This document shows positions 56,893 through 64,000 of a stretch of DNA of 64,000 nt, in pieces (the stretch's first letter is position 1; each line of letters begins with the position of its first letter). The position numbers and the translations under genes were made by a program. This DNA is from Gammaproteobacteria bacterium. GTDB lineage: Bacteria; Pseudomonadota; Gammaproteobacteria; Magnimaribacterales; D2472. The stretch spans positions 10,682 to 74,681 of the forward strand of contig JBJLIA010000033.1 of the NCBI GenBank assembly GCA_045564035.1, read 5' to 3'. Under the pieces are notes generated by a model. It did not search any database. It worked only from the letters and a program-made list of their open reading frames with translations, and had not been told where the DNA came from.

Positions 56893-59871
56893 ATGCCTAT
56901 AAGACTCCAGTTACTATTATTTGGGGTCATTGGTAACATTCTTGTTGCTGCAATCTTTATATTTTCATTTGGTTATAGAGAAAATATTCAAGAAGACTCC
57001 TCTAATGAATCACTTTTAACGCTCTATGAATCTGCCTGGTATCAAACATACAATAAATCGTTTGATGTTATGTCAAAGTGGCTACCAGTAACTGGTGAAA
57101 ATTCATCATTCTGGGACCCAGATTCAGAAATTTTTCCTGATGAGGTTAATTCAAGTAACATTTTTACCAACCCATTACTTGATACTATTAGTGCAAACAG
57201 AATTGGTGATGCTCAATACTTAATCGAGCTGTTTTTTGAAGAAGAGCTCGATTACGGAAACTTAAGTTACGTAATGGCATATTTTCCATCAGGTGAGAGA
57301 ATCTACTGTGGAAGTGCCTTAGATCTATTGGGAGTTGATCCCTGCTCACCTTCAGCAAGACCTGAGTTCTTTAGCTATCTTGATGCCTATTTAAAAGAAG
57401 CATCAATACGACCAAGACAGTCAATTGTAAAAATTAGAGATAGAGATGAAGAGCAAGCAGCCACGCTGAATCAGGCTCTTTCATTTCCTGTAAAAGTAGA
57501 AGGTGAAACATTAGCAATTGTTAGCTTAGGCGTTGATATACGAAAAGGCCTTGAAGTTTTTGAAGACGAGTTTGAGGTAAGAACTGCAATAAATACTCAA
57601 TCTGGTTTAATTTCTTTAAATGATTATTATCAACAATTTGGCGATACAGAAGATAATTTATTTGATTTAGAAAACTTTAATAAATTAACAGATAAGGCTG
57701 CTTCTTTTAAAAAGGCAAATGGCTCAAGATATTCACAAAAAGATACCGAGCTTGGGACTTCAGTTACTCTGCTGCAACTAAGCTCCTCTCTTTCTGCGGA
57801 CGAGGCCCAACTATATGTTTTTAAAGATGAGAGAGAGAATATTCTTCGGGCAGCCAATGTTTTAAATCTCACTTATGTCGCAGCAATATCTTTTGTTATT
57901 TTTATAATCTCTTTAATCGCATTTATCACGACTCGTACATTTGGGGGCATCACAAAAGCCATTGAGGTGCTAGAAGGACTAACAAAAGGTGATCACACTC
58001 AAGAAATGCCCGTTAGAAAAGGTATCCTTGCCTCAGAGAGTGATGAGGTTGGCCAACTATCTACTGCCTTAAAATCATATAAATCGCATCTTGTTGAAAT
58101 GGAATCCATACGTGGCGAGCAAGCCAAGAGAAGACATGAGAGAGACGAGGTAATTATTGAAAAGATGTTGGCATTAGCTGATCAATTAGATGGCAGCGCA
58201 AGAACACTTATCCTGAATGATATTAAAAAAATGAAAGATCTTGCTGATAACTCTGATAGAAACTCAAGTGAGGAAGCTTCAGTAGAACTCATGTTGGTAG
58301 CTTTCTCCAGAATGTCAGATGAAGTGAACGGTTTAATTGATGCTAGAACTGGTGAAATGGAAAGTGCCCGAGATGAAGCAAGGGATGCAAGTGATCAAAA
58401 AACTAAGTTCTTTGCAAACATGAGTCATGAGCTTAGAACTCCTCTCAATGCAATCCTGGGATATGGAGAAATGCTTTATGAGGATTGTGAGGACCTTGGT
58501 TATGATGATCTATTACCAGATTTAAAGAAAATTACCTCCTCTGGATCGCATCTATTATCACTAATCAATAATATTTTAGATTTATCTAAAATTGAAGCCG
58601 GAAAAATGGAATTATTTATCACTAGTTTTGAAATTGAGAACATGATTCAAACTATAAAAGATGTTTCAGAACCATTGGCAGCTAAGAATGATAATGGTTT
58701 TGTTATCAACCTCGATGGTGCTATGGGCTCAATGTCACAAGATGAAACAAAACTAAGACAATGTCTTACTAATTTTTTAAGTAATGGATTTAAATTTACA
58801 AAAAATGGAACTGTTACTCTTGATGTTAAATCACGACTAAATGGTGATATTGAATTTATTGATTTTGCTGTAATTGATACCGGTGCAGGAATGAGTGCTG
58901 AAGGAGTTGCAAAAGTTTTCGAAGAATATACTCAAGCTGAACGATCAACATCTGCAAATTATGGTGGCACTGGATTGGGATTACCTATTTCTAAAAAGTT
59001 TGCAGAAATGATGGGTGGTGATGTTGTTGTAACAAGCGAAGAAGGAGTAGGCTCTGTATTTACTCTTTCAGTGCCTCGAGAATGCCCTGAATACAATGAA
59101 GATGAAGTTGACAGCAATGTTATTAATTTAGATGCTGATGATAATCTTGTGGTGCTTGTTGACGATGATGTTGCGATGCATGATCTAATTAAAAGAACAA
59201 TTTCTAAACTGAATTTAACACTTATTGGCGCGACGAATAGTGAAAAAGGCATGGAGTTAATTAGAGAAGTTAAACCTAAATTGATTCTGCTAGATGTCTT
59301 AATGCCTGGAAGAGATGGATGGTCATTGCTTAAAGAATGCAAGACCGACACAGAGCTTAAAGACATTCCAGTTATTATGATCAGTCAATTAAATCAATCC
59401 AATCTTGCAGCCTCTCTCGGTGCCAATGATTATTTAACAAAACCCATCGACAGAACTCATTTTGTAAATACAATTCAGAGACTTCTTGGAACAGGAGGGA
59501 AAGATCAAAAAGTTCTTGTCATTGATGATGATAAAGATGTACGGGAGTTACTCTCAAGACTCCTCAAAGATGCCGGCTATAGACCTATTGATGCCAGAGA
59601 TGGAAAAGAAGGTTTGGAGCGAACAAAAGATGAGCCTGCTTTGATTATTTTAGATCTTGAAATGCCCCGCATGGATGGTTTTGAATTTCTTGATAATTAT
59701 ATAAAGGATGTTTCTGAAGAAAAAAGAGCGCCTGTACTAGTTTTTTCTGGAAAAGACTTAACGGACGTGCAAGAAGACCTTTTAAAAGAACGAGTGGTGG
59801 GTTTAGTTAAAAAAGATGATGTATCCATGGATAATCTTTCCAAGATGATACAAGGAATAGTTCAAAAATAA
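56893..59871 (+). CDS. Hybrid sensor histidine kinase: TM - ~300-aa periplasmic domain - TM - HAMP - coiled coil - HisKA - HATPase - REC - REC
   Basis: H-box FFANMSHELRTPLNAILGY and G2 box GGTGLGLPISKKF. Two receiver domains (LVDDDV..LLDVLMPGRDG and VIDDDKD..ILDLEMPRMDG). No HPt domain seen. Confidence 0.9.
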   Translation: MPIRLQLLLFGVIGNILVAAIFIFSFGYRENIQEDSSNESLLTLYESAWYQTYNKSFDVMSKWLPVTGENSSFWDPDSEIFPDEVNSSNIFTNPLLDTISANRIGDAQYLIELFFEEELDYGNLSYVMAYFPSGERIYCGSALDLLGVDPCSPSARPEFFSYLDAYLKEASIRPRQSIVKIRDRDEEQAATLNQALSFPVKVEGETLAIVSLGVDIRKGLEVFEDEFEVRTAINTQSGLISLNDYYQQFGDTEDNLFDLENFNKLTDKAASFKKANGSRYSQKDTELGTSVTLLQLSSSLSADEAQLYVFKDERENILRAANVLNLTYVAAISFVIFIISLIAFITTRTFGGITKAIEVLEGLTKGDHTQEMPVRKGILASESDEVGQLSTALKSYKSHLVEMESIRGEQAKRRHERDEVIIEKMLALADQLDGSARTLILNDIKKMKDLADNSDRNSSEEASVELMLVAFSRMSDEVNGLIDARTGEMESARDEARDASDQKTKFFANMSHELRTPLNAILGYGEMLYEDCEDLGYDDLLPDLKKITSSGSHLLSLINNILDLSKIEAGKMELFITSFEIENMIQTIKDVSEPLAAKNDNGFVINLDGAMGSMSQDETKLRQCLTNFLSNGFKFTKNGTVTLDVKSRLNGDIEFIDFAVIDTGAGMSAEGVAKVFEEYTQAERSTSANYGGTGLGLPISKKFAEMMGGDVVVTSEEGVGSVFTLSVPRECPEYNEDEVDSNVINLDADDNLVVLVDDDVAMHDLIKRTISKLNLTLIGATNSEKGMELIREVKPKLILLDVLMPGRDGWSLLKECKTDTELKDIPVIMISQLNQSNLAASLGANDYLTKPIDRTHFVNTIQRLLGTGGKDQKVLVIDDDKDVRELLSRLLKDAGYRPIDARDGKEGLERTKDEPALIILDLEMPRMDGFEFLDNYIKDVSEEKRAPVLVFSGKDLTDVQEDLLKERVVGLVKKDDVSMDNLSKMIQGIVQK

Positions 59872-59874
59872 CTA

Positions 59875-60237
59875 CTAATTAAGCAAGGCTTCTATTTTTT
59901 CAAGCAATCGTTTGAAATCAACTGGCTTTGTATCAAAATCATCAGCCCCACATTCTAATGCTTTCTGTTTATCAGACTCTAACGCATGAGCAGTAAGTGC
60001 AATAATAGGTATAGAGCTTATTGAGTCATCAGCTTTTGCCTGAATTGTTGCTTCCCAGCCATCCAAGACTGGAAGACCCATATCCATCAAAACCAAATCA
60101 GGAGATTCACTTCGCATCATGTCTAAGCCTGCTTGGCCATCGAATGCCATAATAATTTCATAGCCTCTGCGTGAGAGCCTTCGAGATAGCATGTCTCGAT
60201 TCATTTCATTGTCCTCAACATAAAGTAATTTTGCCAT
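59875..60237 (-). CDS. Single-domain CheY/DivK-like response regulator
   Basis: 120 aa with LLYVEDNEMNRDML, DLVLMDMGLPVLDG and the TAHA..K conserved Lys region. Confidence 0.9.
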   Translation of the reverse strand: MAKLLYVEDNEMNRDMLSRRLSRRGYEIIMAFDGQAGLDMMRSESPDLVLMDMGLPVLDGWEATIQAKADDSISSIPIIALTAHALESDKQKALECGADDFDTKPVDFKRLLEKIEALLN

Positions 60238-60241
60238 TGTA

Positions 60242-61726
60242 TTAGTCTCCTGCTAACTCAGTATCAATTAATTTAAATCTATTTCTACCATCTTTTTTAG
60301 CTTCATAAAGTCTCTCATCAGCTTTGTTGGTTAAGTCAGCCGAAGTTTCAGTTTCTGTTGAAAATGCTACGCCGCCACTTGAGCTTACCTTAATATCTGT
60401 GCCGTCAAAATTAACAATATTGCTATTAATTTTCTTGATTAGCTTTTTACAAAATTCCTTTGCCTGATCAGGGTCAAGATAGAGAATCGCTAAAAATTCT
60501 TCTCCCCCTATTCTACCAACTATGTTGGGTGAAGAAATCTCTGCTTGTAACAATTGTGCAAATGATATCAAAACTGCATCCCCTCCCGCATGACCATAGT
60601 TATCATTCACTTGTTTAAAAAAATCGATGTCAAACATTATGGTCGCAAATTGACGATCTTTTGATTGCTTAGAATTATCCATGGCCTCATCTAAAGCTTC
60701 AAAAATTACACGGCGATTATAAATGCCTGTAAGCTGATCTGTGGTCGCCTGAATATGCAATTTATTTACCAGTTCTTTTTCACGCTCACGCCAAAACTTT
60801 CTTTCTAAAGCAGCCACAACTTTAGCAAGTAAAATAGTGCCATTAATAGGTTTGGGAAGATAATCTTGAGCGCCTAGTTGAATGCATTTGGAAATACTAT
60901 CAACATCGTTAAATGCTGAAACCATGATCACCGGCAAGGATTCTGCATTATGCTCTTTTCTAAAAGTTTTTAATAATTCCAGGCCATTAATATCTGGCAA
61001 TATCACATCTAACAAAATTAAATCAGGGGTTTTTTTAAAAACTTCCGTTATTGCAGTATTTCCATCATAGGCTGTTCTGCAGGTTAGCCCCTGCATGGAT
61101 AAACGCCTTTGAAGAACCTCACAATTTGTTACATTATCGTCAACAATAAGAATATCTGATTCTTTGATGTCATCGCCAAGGGTAATAGAATACTCTATAT
61201 CACCCAGAGATTTGAATAACGCTTCTGCGGATTCAAGTTGATTGGATGAATTATTATTTTTAGGATCAATTGCTTCACCGCGAATATAATCAACAAAGTT
61301 TTCTATTGCTTTTTCAGTATCTCTTGCAAGATTTATAATTTGTTGAAAATCTTCTAAAGTGCCTTTTCCAATATCATCTTCATAATCTTCCATTAAAATT
61401 TCACTATAACCAATGATTGCGTTTAAGGGAGTTCTTAAATTATGACGGAGTTCTGAATATTCTTCTGGTGATTTCTTGGCTGAGTCTGCATTCACGCCAG
61501 TATTTTGCACAAAAGCAACCTCGTACTGATCAATTAATTTAGAACAAGATGATTTAATTTGCTCAATTTCATCGTCGGATTGAAGATCTGCCTCATCAAG
61601 AACTTTTTCAACCATATCTACATAATCAAATATGGCATTGGCGGGTGTAATAAAATCTTGTTTGATTTGGGTGAGAATAATCTCCTCTGCTCCTTTGGAT
61701 GTTTTTTTTGGAATAAGCTTATCCAT
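60242..61726 (-). CDS. Diguanylate cyclase with N-terminal DHp(HisKA)-like helices (no ATPase domain) - REC - GGDEF
   Basis: H-box-like ELRHNLRTPLNAIIGYSEIL preceded by a degenerate copy IKQDFITPANAIFDYVDMV. REC (ILIVDDN..ILLDVILPDINGLE). GGDEF domain with GGEEF. No RxxD I-site 5 residues upstream. Confidence 0.85.
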   Translation of the reverse strand: MDKLIPKKTSKGAEEIILTQIKQDFITPANAIFDYVDMVEKVLDEADLQSDDEIEQIKSSCSKLIDQYEVAFVQNTGVNADSAKKSPEEYSELRHNLRTPLNAIIGYSEILMEDYEDDIGKGTLEDFQQIINLARDTEKAIENFVDYIRGEAIDPKNNNSSNQLESAEALFKSLGDIEYSITLGDDIKESDILIVDDNVTNCEVLQRRLSMQGLTCRTAYDGNTAITEVFKKTPDLILLDVILPDINGLELLKTFRKEHNAESLPVIMVSAFNDVDSISKCIQLGAQDYLPKPINGTILLAKVVAALERKFWREREKELVNKLHIQATTDQLTGIYNRRVIFEALDEAMDNSKQSKDRQFATIMFDIDFFKQVNDNYGHAGGDAVLISFAQLLQAEISSPNIVGRIGGEEFLAILYLDPDQAKEFCKKLIKKINSNIVNFDGTDIKVSSSGGVAFSTETETSADLTNKADERLYEAKKDGRNRFKLIDTELAGD

Positions 61727-61728
61727 AA

Positions 61729-62823
61729 TTAAGTTTCCTTAGTTTTAAATGAATCCAAAAAATCAGGTCGATGCATTAAATAACCTTGACCAATTTTACA
61801 ACCTAGATCTAGCATCATTTTTTTATCATCTTCAGTCTCTATACCCTCACCTATCATTTCTAATTCAAGATCTTCACAAACTTCTGAAACAAAGCTTATA
61901 AGCCTTGCAGTGGATGGGTCGGAAACATTAAAAGTGAAATGTTTATCCAATTTAACAACATCAATAGGCAGGTCTCTGACGTATTTTAACGATGCATAAC
62001 CAGCACCAAAGTCATCCAAGGCAATTTTAATTCCTTTGTGTTTCAAAAGACGTAAAGATTGGGAGGCAATGTTAATATCTTGTAACTCTGCAGTTTCTGT
62101 AACTTCAAGACCGAGTTGATTGGGGGCAAGCTTATGTTTTTCTATAAAGTCTGTAAATATTGAGCAAAACTCTGGATGCATTATCGTATGCGCCGAAACA
62201 TTCAAGTAAAGTGTTGCGTTCTTAAATCCTATTTTTTCTTTTATGGCAAAGAATTTTTCTAACTGAACTAATGACTCTAAAACAACCAAAGAAAATAAAC
62301 TCTCTCCCTCTATTTGAGGAATTATTTGATCATTTGCTAAATAACCACCCTTGCCATCTTGGAGCCTGAGAAGAGCTTCAATCCCAGTAACTTCATTTGT
62401 TTCAAGGTTTACTTGTTTCTGATAAGCCAATTCAATGCGTTTGTACTCTATACAATCAATAGTTTTCCTCAAAGCATCAAGACCTGACCTGGAAGAGCAT
62501 AATAATTCAATTAACATAATACCCTTAGATACATCAACAGGAATCATGTGAACTCTCGTTCGCATGAAAAAATTAATTTCTCTTAAAGAAATCTCTATAG
62601 GAGTATCATAATAAAGAGCAATAGAATCTAAATCACCAAAATTACTAGTAACTTTTTCATCAATTTTGATAACAGAGAGCTCATCCAATGAGTTCAAATT
62701 GAAGATATAATTTGCAGCAATATTTGCCCATGCAATGGAACCATCAAGTTCATAAATAATGTAGGGACTGGGGTGATGTTGCAAAGACTTTGTTAAGTAA
62801 TTAAGCTCTTGATCAGTATCCAT
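61729..62823 (-). CDS. c-di-GMP phosphodiesterase: N-terminal PAS-like region + EAL domain
   Basis: EAL catalytic set visible: GIEALLR, NVS, EVTE, DDFGAGYAS, KLDK, EGIE, GQGY. Confidence 0.85.
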   Translation of the reverse strand: MDTDQELNYLTKSLQHHPSPYIIYELDGSIAWANIAANYIFNLNSLDELSVIKIDEKVTSNFGDLDSIALYYDTPIEISLREINFFMRTRVHMIPVDVSKGIMLIELLCSSRSGLDALRKTIDCIEYKRIELAYQKQVNLETNEVTGIEALLRLQDGKGGYLANDQIIPQIEGESLFSLVVLESLVQLEKFFAIKEKIGFKNATLYLNVSAHTIMHPEFCSIFTDFIEKHKLAPNQLGLEVTETAELQDINIASQSLRLLKHKGIKIALDDFGAGYASLKYVRDLPIDVVKLDKHFTFNVSDPSTARLISFVSEVCEDLELEMIGEGIETEDDKKMMLDLGCKIGQGYLMHRPDFLDSFKTKET

Positions 62824-62828
62824 CTTTG

Positions 62829-63296
62829 TTAGCCGTATAATTTACTTTGTTTAATTTGTTCATCGACAAGCTCGACAAAATCTTCTGCAAATGTAATTTT
62901 TATAAATTCCCATATTTCAAGATGCTTTGGCTCCTTAAAGAGTGTTTTGAATGATACTAGCATTGCGTTCCATTCCTCCTCATCCAACATCCCAATTTTA
63001 AATTGATAAAATTGATTTTCACGAGCTCTTAGCATCACACTAAAATATGTTAAGTATACTGCGTTTTCTTCTTTGGTTAGTTCTTCGTTATTTCTCAGTT
63101 TTATCTTCGTATCTACAAGAATGGGTTTCATCCCCGCAAGGGCAACTTTCTGATGAGAATCAGCAATATTTTGTCTTGCATTCGCTCGCGCAACTCTGTT
63201 TTGCTCTCTCAATTCAGTCACCAAAAAATAGACTGTAACAAGCACTGTAAATGGTCCAACAGTTTGGAGAATTAATATGATTGTTTCAAAATTCAC
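62829..63296 (-). CDS. N-terminally anchored membrane protein, function unknown; first gene of the c-di-GMP operon
   Basis: 155 aa with a single N-terminal TM segment (IILILQTVGPFTVLVTVYFLV), then a helical soluble part. 5 nt upstream of the EAL gene. Confidence 0.5.
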   Translation of the reverse strand: MNFETIILILQTVGPFTVLVTVYFLVTELREQNRVARANARQNIADSHQKVALAGMKPILVDTKIKLRNNEELTKEENAVYLTYFSVMLRARENQFYQFKIGMLDEEEWNAMLVSFKTLFKEPKHLEIWEFIKITFAEDFVELVDEQIKQSKLYG

Positions 63297-63388
63297 TTAA
63301 TAACTATATGTGTTTTTTATAGCTTAATATAAGGTTTTTTTACAAGTCGGTAAAGAAACTTGAGGGATATAAAAAAATATTTCTAACG

Positions 63389-63394
63389 TATAAT
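63389..63394 (+). promoter_or_regulatory. Candidate -10 box (TATAAT) for tRNA-Arg
   Basis: Perfect TATAAT ending 8 nt before the mature tRNA 5' end, with an A/T-rich upstream tract. No well-spaced -35 found. Confidence 0.35.
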
Positions 63395-63402
63395 GATCAC
63401 CT

Positions 63403-63479
63403 GCGCCCGTAGCTCAGCTGGATAGAGTACTTGGCTACGAACCAAGGGGTCGGGAGTTCGAATCTCTCCGGGCGCGCCA
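63403..63479 (+). tRNA. tRNA-Arg (anticodon ACG), CCA encoded
   Basis: Cloverleaf folded by eye: acceptor GCGCCCG/CGGGCGC, D-arm GCTCAGCTGGATAGAGT, anticodon stem CTTGG/CCAAG with loop CTACGAA, T-arm GGGAG-TTCGAAT-CTCTC, discriminator G, CCA. Close to my recollection of E. coli tRNA-Arg(ACG). Confidence 0.95.
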
Positions 63480-63483
63480 GTAT

Positions 63484-64000
63484 TTATTTAGGACTATAAA
63501 ACTTCAATGTTGAATCTTTGATTGATAGCAATCTAACCAAAAAAATATCTTTTATATAATTTTGATAATTGCGCCATGGGGATCTCATGCCTTGCTTAGG
63601 CATTCTATTTAAAGCTCTTTGAACATACCCAGAACTAAAATCAATGTATGCGTCATCAACCATTGCATTTGGGTCTTCTTCAGGAATACAAGCAGCAACT
63701 CCTTGCTTGTCCATTTGATTTAAAAGTCTGCATACATACTCACAAGTAAGATCTGCTCTCAAAGTCCATGAAGCATTTACATAACCAAAAGAAAAAGCAA
63801 GATTCGGCACTCCACTTAACATCATTCCCTTATATGAAAGTTTGTTATGAGGCTCTACTGTTACTTGATCAATTGAAACGTTAATATCATTTAAAGCATT
63901 TAATTCTATTCCGGTTGCAGAGATAATAATATCCGCATCAATGATCTTGCCTGATTTAACCAAGATCCCCTCCTCGGTAAATCTATCTATATGATCGGTC
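63484..64000 (-). CDS. Flavin-dependent Baeyer-Villiger-type monooxygenase (EthA-like), C-terminal part; gene continues beyond the window
   Basis: The frame is open to position 64000 (..TDHIDRFTEEGILVKSGKII..). ADIIISATG, YKGMMLSGVPNLAFSFGYVNASWTLRADL and YVCRLLNQM match the EthA/FMO C-terminal region. Confidence 0.8.
   Translation of the reverse strand, partial: TDHIDRFTEEGILVKSGKIIDADIIISATGIELNALNDINVSIDQVTVEPHNKLSYKGMMLSGVPNLAFSFGYVNASWTLRADLTCEYVCRLLNQMDKQGVAACIPEEDPNAMVDDAYIDFSSGYVQRALNRMPKQGMRSPWRNYQNYIKDIFLVRLLSIKDSTLKFYSPK

Noticed and set aside
58959-59366. 135-aa minus-strand ORF inside the hybrid kinase gene. The same applies to the antisense ORFs at 36680..37039, 53083..53427, 51658..52277 and 33725..34057.
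   Set aside because: All are antisense to ORFs with strong family motifs and have Ser/Leu-rich low-complexity translations.
63297-64000. tRNA-Arg as an integration site for a genomic island
   Set aside because: No integrase, recombinase or phage gene flanks the tRNA within the window, and I did not notice a direct repeat of the tRNA 3' end. The flanking genes look like ordinary metabolic or signalling genes. A repeat search would be needed to fully exclude this.
1-64000. CRISPR arrays, transposases/IS elements, prophage genes, toxin-antitoxin pairs, restriction-modification or other recognisable defence systems
   Set aside because: No repeat-spacer structure, no inverted terminal repeats and no ORF with the corresponding motifs was seen on either strand. 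Essentially every ORF over 60 aa is accounted for by metabolic, housekeeping or signalling functions.

Overview
AT-rich and very compact chromosomal segment. By my own tally of gaps, about 2 kb of the 64 kb is non-coding. I found no CRISPR arrays, transposases, integrases or rRNA. The core synteny is gammaproteobacterial: rne<>rluC-rpmF-fabD-fabG-acpP-fabF-mltG-tmk-holB, mrp<>metG, rnt and nhaB. This fits a streamlined marine gammaproteobacterium; SAR86-like is only a guess.

Left part (1-31 kb): housekeeping genes.
- A his operon led by a YerC/TrpR-family gene. It contains an in-frame hisD-hisB(IGPD) fusion and has no hisC.
- An AGCS transporter, the reduced fab/rpmF cluster and a short RNase E.
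- nudC, nhaB, dusA, mlaA and an Mrp/ApbC-like ATPase.
- metG with no canonical start codon.
- A TrxR-type FNR, an RnfB-like ferredoxin and rnt.

Middle part (31-55 kb): a Fur box next to a Dps/ferritin-like gene, grxD and pdxJ, then a dense block of oxidoreductases.
- The block includes a KstD-like dehydrogenase, KSI/SnoaL-like proteins, SDRs, an NMO, an ALDH and an APH-like kinase.
- It also includes a sulfotransferase, an amidohydrolase, a KshA-like Rieske oxygenase and a rubredoxin missed by the ORF track.
- Embedded in it is a complete coenzyme F420 operon (fno-cofE-cofD-cofC-fbiC). That operon is translationally coupled to a DUF1295/steroid-reductase-like membrane protein and followed by a secreted M20D hydrolase. 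I consider this the most interesting candidate system.

Right part (56-64 kb):
- A signalling cluster: a secreted TonB_C-only protein plus a hybrid histidine kinase, convergent with an operon of a TM protein, an EAL protein, a DHp-REC-GGDEF protein and a CheY-like regulator.
- tRNA-Arg(ACG).
- A partial EthA-like Baeyer-Villiger monooxygenase.

All functional calls rest on motif and family recognition by eye. No database search was possible.
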